28,733 nucleotides of DNA, taken from contig RDOA01000047.1 in NCBI GenBank assembly GCA_011364925.1, forward strand, positions 1 through 28,733, given 5' to 3'. The DNA comes from Promethearchaeota archaeon. Lineage in GTDB: Archaea; Asgardarchaeota; Lokiarchaeia; Sigyniarchaeales; SOKP01. Made by a program: the position numbers and the translations under genes. The notes beneath the pieces were generated by a model. That model was not told the origin of the DNA, did no database searches, and worked only from the letters and a program-made list of their open reading frames with translations. The first letter of the stretch is position 1; every line of letters starts with the position of its first letter. Below, piece after piece: positions 18,519 through 27,443 of this stretch.

Positions 18519-19427
18519 ATGCCGAAGAAAATCAATGTTCCAGAACCAGAGGAAAATCTTAAACTAATCGATGCTCACTGTCATTTACCGTTTCCTCGAC
18601 CAAAAAGTAACGATAAATTGCCTTCTGACGAGCAGCAGTATCGAGACTTCCTGAACAATGGGGGCGTTTATTTAGTTACCAGCTCGATTGATAATAATAC
18701 TCTAGAATTAATTCTAAAATTCGTTAAAGATAAAGAGAAGATTGGATATACATGCGGTTGGGCGCCACAAACCGTTACTTATACTCCTGAAACTCTATAC
18801 AATAGAGAGTGGAAAAAATGGGTTGAATTTATCAAGCAGAACCAAGAGAAATATTTAGCAATTGGAGAGGTTGGATTGGACTTTCATCACGCAAAAACGC
18901 TTGAAAAAAGAGAAAAACAAGTCGCGGAACTCAAAAAAATTTTTGAAATTTCAGTGGATTTTAACAAACCTTACGTTCTACACGTAAGAAATGCTGCTGA
19001 ACACGAGTTTGATCAAGATCATCCTAAACATCGTTACAATAAAAATAATGGAGCAACAAAAGAAGTTCTTGACCTTATTGAAGACTTTCATATAGATCCT
19101 AAAAAGGTTATGTGGCATTGCTTTTCTGGTCCAGACGAGTACGGGCTGATTTTACCTAAACAAGGGTATACCCTTTCTGTTCCAAGTTCAGCGTATGGCA
19201 TTAACAAATGGCGTAGAGTGACGAAAAATTCTCCACTGCCCTCGTTGGTTACAGAAACAGATAGTTATTACCAGCATCCATATCTAAGAGGACCAGTGAA
19301 TGTGCCATTGAATGTGAAGTATTCAATAGCAGCGATTGCATTTACACACAATGTTCCTCAACACGAAGTAAGTCAAATAACAATTGAAAACGCTAGAAAA
19401 TTTTTTAATATAAATGTATCATTTTGA
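18519..19427 (+). CDS. tatD: TatD family metal-dependent DNase/hydrolase
   Basis: IDAHCH, AIGEVGLD, LHVR, WHCFSG, ETDS and NARKFF. Confidence 0.92.
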   Translation: MPKKINVPEPEENLKLIDAHCHLPFPRPKSNDKLPSDEQQYRDFLNNGGVYLVTSSIDNNTLELILKFVKDKEKIGYTCGWAPQTVTYTPETLYNREWKKWVEFIKQNQEKYLAIGEVGLDFHHAKTLEKREKQVAELKKIFEISVDFNKPYVLHVRNAAEHEFDQDHPKHRYNKNNGATKEVLDLIEDFHIDPKKVMWHCFSGPDEYGLILPKQGYTLSVPSSAYGINKWRRVTKNSPLPSLVTETDSYYQHPYLRGPVNVPLNVKYSIAAIAFTHNVPQHEVSQITIENARKFFNINVSF

Positions 19428-19600
19428 ATATTAATTCAGACACGGAAATAAACGAATTTTCTAAGTCTTTTAGAGTTACCATAGCGTTATAACTCTTGTA
19501 GTCAAAAAACTTTTAAGATATAAACATAATTCTTAAAATTATCCGATTTCCTTTTTAATTTAAGTTTGGTGAACATTTAAAATTACAGAATGTGGTATAT

Positions 19601-19924
19601 ATGGCTTTCGATTTAATTTTTTACATAAACATGATTGCGTCAATTGGAGGAATAATCTTCTTTATTTATAGCTTGGTACTAATAAGAAAGATAAAACACT
19701 TATTTCCAAAAGGGAGCGTTTCGAAAAAATGGGTATTTAGGGAATTTTTAATCGTTCTTTTCCTATTTGGATACATTTTTAACATGGTATTTCTTTTCTA
19801 TGATTTAACAGAACTTTTGAAATATATGACTGCTCTCGTGTACCTTTTTGGGGGAGTTTTTGTCTTTATTATTATTCATTTAGTATACAAGACATATGTT
19901 ACAATTCTAAAAGAATCAAAATAA
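19601..19924 (+). CDS. Small 3-TM membrane protein
   Basis: Three hydrophobic helices. ATG 19601 is preferred (ORF track starts at GTG 19592). Confidence 0.7.
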   Translation: MAFDLIFYINMIASIGGIIFFIYSLVLIRKIKHLFPKGSVSKKWVFREFLIVLFLFGYIFNMVFLFYDLTELLKYMTALVYLFGGVFVFIIIHLVYKTYVTILKESK

Positions 19925-19947
19925 ACAATTAAAAACTGCATTGGAAC

Positions 19948-20379
19948 ATGTCTGAGATTTTAGAAGAATTCTGGATTTTCTCCAAGGGAGGAGACCCGTT
20001 AGTAAATTTCTATAAAGAGCCTAACCTTGTTGGTTCGTTTAATTATAGAGATGTTTCCTTCGACCACGATACACTCAGTAATATTAAGGATTACATAATA
20101 ACAAACCTTCAAAATTCTTCACAGAAGAGTAAAAACCTTATGAAGTTTGAAAATGCCATTGTCAAGTATGTTCAATGCCTTCAAAACGATTTAATTATTT
20201 TTTATAAGACGAATCCAAATGTTAAAGAAAAAGCAGCAGTGAACTTATGTAAAACTATAAGTAGTATCTTAGAAGATGCATATCCTCAAGATAAATTAGC
20301 ATTTTGGGAAGGAGATCTCGCTTTTTTTGATAAATTTAAGCATAAGGTATCTCTTTATTTTAAAATGAGTGCTTTATAA
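19948..20379 (+). CDS. Hypothetical protein, longin-like domain
   Basis: N-terminal ILEEFWIFSKGGDPLVNFY beta-hairpin, LIIFYKT strand and C-terminal helices match the longin/sybindin-like pattern; 143 aa. Confidence 0.55.
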   Translation: MSEILEEFWIFSKGGDPLVNFYKEPNLVGSFNYRDVSFDHDTLSNIKDYIITNLQNSSQKSKNLMKFENAIVKYVQCLQNDLIIFYKTNPNVKEKAAVNLCKTISSILEDAYPQDKLAFWEGDLAFFDKFKHKVSLYFKMSAL

Positions 20380-20456
20380 TAAGGTTGATTTTTGTAAAAA
20401 CCTATAAACTAGCGGAATTTTATCTCTTTAATTAAAATCAAATTAATTGTTTTAAA

Positions 20457-20975
20457 ATGAAAATTTTAATTACTTATTTTTCCAACACTGGAAATACGGA
20501 AAAAGTTGCTAAAAGCATGAAGGAAGGGTTGACTGACTATGAAGTTGACTTACTTCCTGTTGAAGAAGTAGACCCAACAGTCTTGAGTTCTTATAATATC
20601 GTATTTATAGGTTCAGGAGTTTACGCTAGCAGAATCGATAAATCAGTTTTAAATTTAATAAAAAAAGCAGCTCCTCATCTTCCTCCTAAACTCGTATATT
20701 TCTGCACTCACGCCAGCTTAAATATGTATCAAGATGCATTCAACAAGGTTAAAACACTAATTCAAGAGTATGATTGCAAAGTTATCGGTGAATTCGATTG
20801 CGTTGGTGAGAACTTAGGAATCCCTGAGGAAACCCAATTAGCTATGCTTGAAAAATTACCTGATGAACAAAAAGAAAAGGCGATTAAAATCAGAGAGGAA
20901 AATAAAGGACGCCCTAATGAAACGGATCTCAGTAACGCTAAAAATTTTGCACTATCTTTAGTTAAAAATCTTTAA
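20457..20975 (+). CDS. Flavodoxin family protein
   Basis: YFSNTGNTEKVA FMN-phosphate loop, FIGSGVY, FCTH and RPNETD..NA..FA. Confidence 0.9.
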   Translation: MKILITYFSNTGNTEKVAKSMKEGLTDYEVDLLPVEEVDPTVLSSYNIVFIGSGVYASRIDKSVLNLIKKAAPHLPPKLVYFCTHASLNMYQDAFNKVKTLIQEYDCKVIGEFDCVGENLGIPEETQLAMLEKLPDEQKEKAIKIREENKGRPNETDLSNAKNFALSLVKNL

Positions 20976-20992
20976 TTTTTTTTTTAAAATCG

Positions 20993-21032
20993 TTTCATAA
21001 ATTTTGCAAATTTATGCAAATTTTGCATGAAA
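20993..21032. promoter_or_regulatory. Nested palindromic/tandem repeat element, putative operator
   Basis: CATAAATTT-TGC-AAATTTATG (20996-21016) overlaps ATGCAAA-T-TTTGCAT (21014-21028); outer arms are TTTCAT/ATGAAA. Confidence 0.5.
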
Positions 21033-21140
21033 GTTTTAATAATGTAAATACTCATAAAAATCAGTCTAAATTTTATTTAAATATAATCCAAAATCTTTTG
21101 TGATTAAGCAATAAAAAATTAAAATTAAAACTGAGAAAAA

Positions 21141-22232
21141 ATGAGAAATTATAATAAGGCTTTAATTATTGTTGCTATTCTTATTGTTGGTGGTGGGGTA
21201 GGATTTTTTGTTTATGGCTTTGCAATGGCAGGAAATATCAAAGATTCTTTTGCTTTTACGTATGAACCAAGTTCACCTGATCCTATAGAAGACATAACTA
21301 TTAATGTCGACATTGGGAAAATAGTTTTTATGTACAATACATCCCCTACTACCTCTTACGCTGAAATTGATGTTTACATAGGGATTTCAGGTTTATTTGT
21401 CGAGGGAAAGACTTATCAAAACTTTTTTCACCCGAGTAGCGAATGGTGGGATAACACAACTACTACACTAAATCTTCTTACGTTACCAGATATTTGGTTT
21501 GACCCTTCACACTGGTTTAAATCTTATAACATCTCAGTAACCGTAACTTTAAGGACAGATATAGTATATGATATTACTGCTTTAACAGCTACAGGATCCA
21601 TCGAAATGGAAGTTCCTAATAATGCCAATCTCGAGAAACTATCGTTGACTTCAAGTACTGGCTCAATTAATCTCAAAACGCTTGGAAACAACAAGTTCAC
21701 GCAGCTAACACAGCTCGAAACTAGTACAGGCAGTATTGCAGCTTATCTGACAAAAACCAACTTTTCGAGCGGTTTTCAAGCTACGACTTCCACTGGCTCA
21801 GTAACTCTAAACTTTACCAATTGTATCATGGGAGGAAATCTAAGAGGTAAAACTTCTACTGGAAGCGTCAACTACAAGAGTTACAACATGTTCTACCTCA
21901 ATGATATTCTTCTAAACCTCGAAACGTCAACTGGGAGCATAAATGTGGAATTATACCAATACATTTCTATGGGGGCGAACGTAACTGGAACTTGGGAAAC
22001 ATCCACAGGAAGCGTTAACGTGCTCTATATAGACAATTTAATCAATACAGATGTTAGATTTGTTGGATCAACAGGGACAGGTTCTATTAATTACACACCT
22101 CATTCAACAATGGAAGTTACCGGAATGGGAAGCATTTACTCCAATCTGAACTTCGGAGATGCAATGTATAGGTACGTATTTTCATTAGATACATCAACTG
22201 GCAGTATAAACGCAGACGCAACAAGCCTATAA
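21141..22232 (+). CDS. Membrane-anchored DUF4097/adhesin-like beta-strand repeat protein
   Basis: N-terminal TM helix followed by nine [S/A/G]TGS[I/V] repeats, most spaced about 21-23 aa apart. Confidence 0.8.
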   Translation: MRNYNKALIIVAILIVGGGVGFFVYGFAMAGNIKDSFAFTYEPSSPDPIEDITINVDIGKIVFMYNTSPTTSYAEIDVYIGISGLFVEGKTYQNFFHPSSEWWDNTTTTLNLLTLPDIWFDPSHWFKSYNISVTVTLRTDIVYDITALTATGSIEMEVPNNANLEKLSLTSSTGSINLKTLGNNKFTQLTQLETSTGSIAAYLTKTNFSSGFQATTSTGSVTLNFTNCIMGGNLRGKTSTGSVNYKSYNMFYLNDILLNLETSTGSINVELYQYISMGANVTGTWETSTGSVNVLYIDNLINTDVRFVGSTGTGSINYTPHSTMEVTGMGSIYSNLNFGDAMYRYVFSLDTSTGSINADATSL

Positions 22233-22442
22233 TTGAATTATTTATCTAAATAACTTTTTTATTTTCTTTTTTAAAAAATTTCTATACATATTGAATTCTT
22301 CACAAGTAGTCCCCTTTTAAGTAATGTTGATAAAAGCTTAGTATTAGGAAAGAATTCTTAATAGATTGTATATAAATATTCTCTTGTTTATTCATAAATA
22401 GAAACTAAAAAAAAGACCTATCCTTTTTTAACTTGGGTTACC

Positions 22443-23402
22443 ATGGATTTTTTTACTCATTTTTTAATTGGAATGCTCTTAGGATTTTACACTTTGCATC
22501 CGTTAGGATATAGTTTCGTCGTTTATGCTGGTTTAATGGCAATACTACCCGATTTTGATGTGTTATTGTCACCCCTCGTAAAAATTACGAGATCAAATCT
22601 ATTTTCGCATAAAGCAATTTCGCACACCCTACTATCTGGAGTGTTAATTTCTCTTGTAACAAGCATCCCTTTTTCAGTAATAACGGGAGAATCGTTCTTT
22701 ACAGCATGGTTAATTGGTGCTATCTATTATGATATCCACGTATTTCTGGATTTCTTGATGGCTTCAAAAGTGATGCTCTTTTTCCCATTTTCGAAGCGAA
22801 AATTTAGATTTTTTATTGACCGGGCAATCAATTTTTATCTATTCCTTACTACTGTTGGCATTATGGTAGTTTATACTATCTTATTTTTTTACATGCCCCT
22901 TACTACGATTTTACTTTTTTCAAATTTTGTCTTTGGTTTTTACATATTGTATCTAAGCTATAGGTTTCTGGTTAAACTATGGTTTTACTTTAAATTAACG
23001 AAACACGAAAAATTCATTCCCGGAATTTCTCCTTTAAATTATTACATTTATTCCATAAATACTGATGCGAGTGAACAACAATTCAAGCTCACTAAAAAGA
23101 GCATCTTTTCGTCAAAATCCACTATAATAATAGAAAGTTCACTCAAAATCGATTCACCTCAAGCAATATTATACGAAAAATCTTTACTTTTAGCAAAAGA
23201 ATATCCATTTTTTACCAAATGGGAAGACAAAATACCTATTATTGTAGAATCTGAAGACACTGTTAAGGTTATTATTCTTCTTGCAGAAAGTTATCGTCAG
23301 GATTCAGGATATGGTTTTCAAGTACTTTATAATAAACGTACAAACGAAATTATTGAAAAATCCGAAGGATTCAACTTCCATGTAAGAAATTTTTTTGTGT
23401 AA
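22443..23402 (+). CDS. Membrane metal-dependent hydrolase (YdjM/DUF457 family)
   Basis: MDFFTH, LPDFD, HKAISH, HVFLD and LFFPF; multiple TM helices. Confidence 0.87.
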   Translation: MDFFTHFLIGMLLGFYTLHPLGYSFVVYAGLMAILPDFDVLLSPLVKITRSNLFSHKAISHTLLSGVLISLVTSIPFSVITGESFFTAWLIGAIYYDIHVFLDFLMASKVMLFFPFSKRKFRFFIDRAINFYLFLTTVGIMVVYTILFFYMPLTTILLFSNFVFGFYILYLSYRFLVKLWFYFKLTKHEKFIPGISPLNYYIYSINTDASEQQFKLTKKSIFSSKSTIIIESSLKIDSPQAILYEKSLLLAKEYPFFTKWEDKIPIIVESEDTVKVIILLAESYRQDSGYGFQVLYNKRTNEIIEKSEGFNFHVRNFFV

Positions 23403-23437
23403 TAAAGCGATAGTAAAACATTTTGCTTGGTAAACTT

Positions 23438-23941
23438 TTATTCTCTTTTATATTTTTTAAGTTTTGGAAAAAGAGCATACACATATTTTTTATAGTGAAT
23501 ATAGTCCTCTCCAAACTTTTCCAAACAGTATTTTTCTTCTGGTATTATGTAGATTCGAAAAAGAATGTAGAATATTATAGGAATAGAAAATAGGAACCAG
23601 CTATTGGATAGACATACGAATCCGGGTGTCATAAATAAAACAAAGGATGAATACACAGGATGCCGCATGTATGCGAAAAATCCAGATGTCAACAGAACTG
23701 ATTTATTGTAAGCCTTTTTTACCGCGGTGATTGATTTAAAATAAATATAAAAGCCTATTACGATTAGAGCTGTCCCTAGGATAATAAGAAATAATGGATT
23801 AATAGGAATTTGAAACAAAGGATAAAAAATTATGTTTATGCCTGCTAAAACTATGATAAAGGGAATGACTGATAAAACTAATTTTGGGCCTACACCATGG
23901 AATGGCATTTTTTTTGAGGACTTTTTATTCTTCGAGCTCAT
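23438..23941 (-). CDS. ICMT/PEMT (Ste14)-family membrane methyltransferase
   Basis: TM helices, LLTSGFFAYMRHPVY and EE..C..KFG..Y..YK. Confidence 0.85.
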   Translation of the reverse strand: MSSKNKKSSKKMPFHGVGPKLVLSVIPFIIVLAGINIIFYPLFQIPINPLFLIILGTALIVIGFYIYFKSITAVKKAYNKSVLLTSGFFAYMRHPVYSSFVLFMTPGFVCLSNSWFLFSIPIIFYILFRIYIIPEEKYCLEKFGEDYIHYKKYVYALFPKLKKYKRE

Positions 23942-23973
23942 TTCGTTTCAAATCCAATTTTTATTACTAAAAG

Positions 23974-25425
23974 TTAATAAGGACAACTAAAATCACTCTC
24001 AAGCCAATCACCTGTCATATTGTAAGCTGTTAAACGGCAACCACCACAAAATTCTTTGCCGAAACAACGAGCACATTTTCCTTTCTTTTTTCTACGTTCA
24101 CGGATAAGATTTAATGTTGAATTATTTAACCAAATATCGTGAAGGCCTTGATTTAAAATATTTCCTAATTTGATATGACTAGAGGTTGCACATGGAAGAA
24201 CATTCCCTTGACTATCTAAACCAATATAAAATAATCCTGCTGCACAGCCACTAAACACTGAAGAGATTCTTTGGATAAAATTCGCAATCTTATTCTCAAA
24301 AGCGTCTGTTAGCTTAGTTTCATAACCAGTAATGAGTTCACAAAGCGGATAGATACTCCCACTGCTTAATTCATAACATATTCTACTAAAATAAGGCATG
24401 CCTCGAGTAATGACCATAATTTCATCTTTATCGCGAACAGACTTTATTAATTTCTGTGCGAGTAATTTTAACACATTTCTTTTTACTTCAGGGCTGGGGT
24501 CGTGCTTAATATAAGATTTACCTCTTCCCACAGGGAGTAATCTTCCAAGGTAATACCTTGTTGCCCCTAATTCTTTAACGTAATCGTATAATAGAGGTAC
24601 TTCGGAGTGATTATAATCTGTAAGAGTGGTGGCAATAATTAATTCGTCAAATTTTCCAAATTCGGCTGCTACTTTAATTCCATTAATCGTCATATCGTAA
24701 GCACCTTTTACGTTCCTAAGATGATCGTGGCTTTTTGCAGATAGTCCATCTAAACTTATCGTAATTGAACGAACACCAGAATTATATAATTCTTCGCACA
24801 CTTCTTTATTTAACAAGGTTGCATTTGTAGAAATTGAAGGGGAGATACCAAAATCTCGAGCATAACTAATTAACTCAAACAAATCGTTTCGCATAAGCGG
24901 TTCTCCTCCGCAAAAGTTAAGCGTAATAATATCATTCGCTGCTAACATTCTTATAACTTTTTTCGCTTCTTTTGTAGATAAATCAGACTCTGAATGCTGA
25001 TTAAAATTAGCGTCTGCGAAACAATGCGAACACTTTAAATTGCAATTCGATGTAACATTCCATACTACGCTTAATGGAGCCCCCATTGTGAAGGGTTTTC
25101 TTAAACCAAACAAAGCTAAACCTTTAAAGAAATTCTTAATAACTCTTCGAGTTCTAGTATTTGAATAGAATTGACTTATTTTATTTAATTCAAAACCATA
25201 TACAAAAAAGAACATTTTGATGATAATAGAAAGAATACCTGCTTTTAATCGACATTTTAAGCAAATTTCACCCTTATTTTTTTTTTCTTCAATCAGATAT
25301 GAAATTGCAACATCATACCTAGTAGACTTGCATTTATGGCAATATTTAGAATAATTTCTTCCCAATGTCTGAAGAATCTGCTTCAAAAATGGCGCTTGAT
25401 AAATATTTCTACTTAGTACAACCAT
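23974..25425 (-). CDS. Radical SAM protein with SPASM domain (NirJ/Ahb/PqqE-like superfamily)
   Basis: CNLKCSHC, GGEPL, STNA and ISLDG; SPASM GCAAG...PC...KCARC....CGGCR...D..CP; extra N-terminal CxxC...CxxC. ATG 25425 is preferred (ORF track start 25443 overlaps the upstream gene). Confidence 0.9.
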   Translation of the reverse strand: MVVLSRNIYQAPFLKQILQTLGRNYSKYCHKCKSTRYDVAISYLIEEKKNKGEICLKCRLKAGILSIIIKMFFFVYGFELNKISQFYSNTRTRRVIKNFFKGLALFGLRKPFTMGAPLSVVWNVTSNCNLKCSHCFADANFNQHSESDLSTKEAKKVIRMLAANDIITLNFCGGEPLMRNDLFELISYARDFGISPSISTNATLLNKEVCEELYNSGVRSITISLDGLSAKSHDHLRNVKGAYDMTINGIKVAAEFGKFDELIIATTLTDYNHSEVPLLYDYVKELGATRYYLGRLLPVGRGKSYIKHDPSPEVKRNVLKLLAQKLIKSVRDKDEIMVITRGMPYFSRICYELSSGSIYPLCELITGYETKLTDAFENKIANFIQRISSVFSGCAAGLFYIGLDSQGNVLPCATSSHIKLGNILNQGLHDIWLNNSTLNLIRERRKKKGKCARCFGKEFCGGCRLTAYNMTGDWLESDFSCPY

Positions 25426-25429
25426 AATC

Positions 25430-27415
25430 TCAACCAGTAGCATTTAATATAATATTAGCTTTATCTATTGAATAAACTTTTTTAATTGATTTTCTAATAA
25501 ATGTCTTTATCTGTTTTGGAACTAGAGGATGAGATCGAAATCCCGATCCACTATGGGTTGAAGCCAGAAATCTAACTATCCTTGCTCGCTTTTTATTTTT
25601 GATCATTTCAAGAGTTTCAAGGAAAAGTTTTACATCGTTCTCATCGTTCTGCAACCCTAGGCTCATTCGAATGAGTCCAGGTAAATATATTGCACCTAAA
25701 GTGGGAATAAACATCATGTATAATTTAGCAAAGAACTGCCTAACAGGGTGAATCCCAATCAAATTTTTTACTAATAGATGGGCACAAAAACAACCACTAC
25801 GAACACCTATTCCACTATGTTCTGCAAGTTCTCTTGCTACTAAGTTGTAAGGAACCTTTTTAAGACTAAATGAGATGACTCCCCCTCTTCTTAGAAATCT
25901 TTCATCATTCGTGTCCTGAATTCCATAAATCTCAATATCGGACATATCAGTAAGCCCATTTAAAGCAATCCGAGTCAATTTTCGTTCCTCTTGTTCAATT
26001 ATATTCATTCCTATTTTTTTCAAGAGAAGGAAGGCTTTTCCTAAAGTTGCAATCCCTACCAAATTCTCTTCTCCGGAAGAATTGATTTTTTCTAGCATTT
26101 TTTTGCTTATTTGTAAGAGGTTTTTTCTTATCACTAACACGCCACTTCCAAAAGGTGCATACATTTTGTGTCCTGAAAACGCAAAGTAATCTATTCCAAT
26201 TTTGCTTAGAGAAACACTTCGGTGAGCTACCATTTGTGCTCCATCGACGAGAAGTTGAGCGCCATACTTATGCGTAATTCTACTAATCTCTTTTAAATCG
26301 TTAAAGCTTCCCACTACATTTGAAGCACCACACATACTAACTAAAAATATTCTTTTATTCTTATGAGATTTAGTATGATTATACTCTTTCAAGATAGTTT
26401 CTAATTCTCCTAAGTCTAAAAAGCCATCGTCATCGACAAATAATCTGATAAGAGATAGATTGGGAACATATCGCCAAGGAAGCTCATTTGAATGATGGTC
26501 TAATAATGAATTAACCACTACCGGTTCAAAATTTCCTATGAAACTTTTCTGTATGAGAGAGGCTAAAATGTTTATAGATTCAGTAGTATTGGATGTAAAA
26601 ATTATCTCATAGTCTTTTATAGGGGCATCTAGAAAATCAGCGCAAATAGTTCTAACTTCTTCTAGCAATTCGATTCTTTTATTGAAGGGTATTTTTAAAA
26701 CTTTAGAAAATATGTTCCATATGGGGAAAAATGTTGGAGTAGTTGCGGCATTATCTAAATTCGTATAAGATTGTAATCCGTGTCCAGTAGGAATTCGAAT
26801 CTCGTGACCAATCCAAACCTTTCGAAGTTCCTTTATCAATATTTCTCCAGATTTTCCTGAATAATTATCTTCATACAGAATTTCCTTTATAGAAAAGTTA
26901 TCATCGTAATTTGGGCTAAAATTATTCACATCGGAATGTTTAATCAATTGTAGAGCCCTTGCAAAACAAATGACATTATTAATACTTGGGGTTCCTGCTT
27001 CAAATCTTTCGGGAATATCCGATAAGATTACAGATTTTGGTGAAACATATTTGATTATTCCTCCACCTGAATCAAAATTATTAATCGAAATTAAAGCTTT
27101 CTTTCTCACTATGAAAGCATTAACTCCTAGAGGTAAATTTATATCACTACTGGAAAGAATTCTGTATTTATCTGGTTTAAAATAGCCCTCAAAGAGTTTT
27201 AACCGCCTAAGAGAACAGAATATAACGGTGTATTCTTTTTTCGATAATTTAAGATAATCCAGAACTATTTCTCTAGCAATCTCAAATAGTTCCGTAGTAA
27301 CCATCGAAAAATGACCAGTACCTCTGTGAATGTTGGAATAAGTCTGCAAAGCTGAATATACACTTTTTTCCAATATTAAATATGGATCGTATTGTTTTGA
27401 CTCTAATTCTAACAT
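25430..27415 (-). CDS. Class V PLP enzyme, SufS/selenocysteine-lyase-like, with a degenerate N-terminal duplicate domain
   Basis: LDNAATT, NTTESIN, HHSNELPW, DGAQ, FSGHK (PLP Lys) and RSGCFCAH (group II persulfide Cys motif). The N-terminal ~160 aa carry YSNIHRG and GGG...RFEAGTP. Confidence 0.88.
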   Translation of the reverse strand: MLELESKQYDPYLILEKSVYSALQTYSNIHRGTGHFSMVTTELFEIAREIVLDYLKLSKKEYTVIFCSLRRLKLFEGYFKPDKYRILSSSDINLPLGVNAFIVRKKALISINNFDSGGGIIKYVSPKSVILSDIPERFEAGTPSINNVICFARALQLIKHSDVNNFSPNYDDNFSIKEILYEDNYSGKSGEILIKELRKVWIGHEIRIPTGHGLQSYTNLDNAATTPTFFPIWNIFSKVLKIPFNKRIELLEEVRTICADFLDAPIKDYEIIFTSNTTESINILASLIQKSFIGNFEPVVVNSLLDHHSNELPWRYVPNLSLIRLFVDDDGFLDLGELETILKEYNHTKSHKNKRIFLVSMCGASNVVGSFNDLKEISRITHKYGAQLLVDGAQMVAHRSVSLSKIGIDYFAFSGHKMYAPFGSGVLVIRKNLLQISKKMLEKINSSGEENLVGIATLGKAFLLLKKIGMNIIEQEERKLTRIALNGLTDMSDIEIYGIQDTNDERFLRRGGVISFSLKKVPYNLVARELAEHSGIGVRSGCFCAHLLVKNLIGIHPVRQFFAKLYMMFIPTLGAIYLPGLIRMSLGLQNDENDVKLFLETLEMIKNKKRARIVRFLASTHSGSGFRSHPLVPKQIKTFIRKSIKKVYSIDKANIILNATG

Positions 27416-27443
27416 ATTAAAAAAAAGAATATTTTTTTGTTAG

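Noticed and set aside
19472-19495. GAGTTA...TAACTC inverted repeat downstream of tatD
   Set aside because: The arms are only 6 bp in AT-rich DNA, consistent with chance.
21590-22215. Recurrent ACNGGNWSN nucleotide repeats
   Set aside because: They are explained by the protein-level TGS repeats with varied synonymous codons, so this is not a DNA repeat element.
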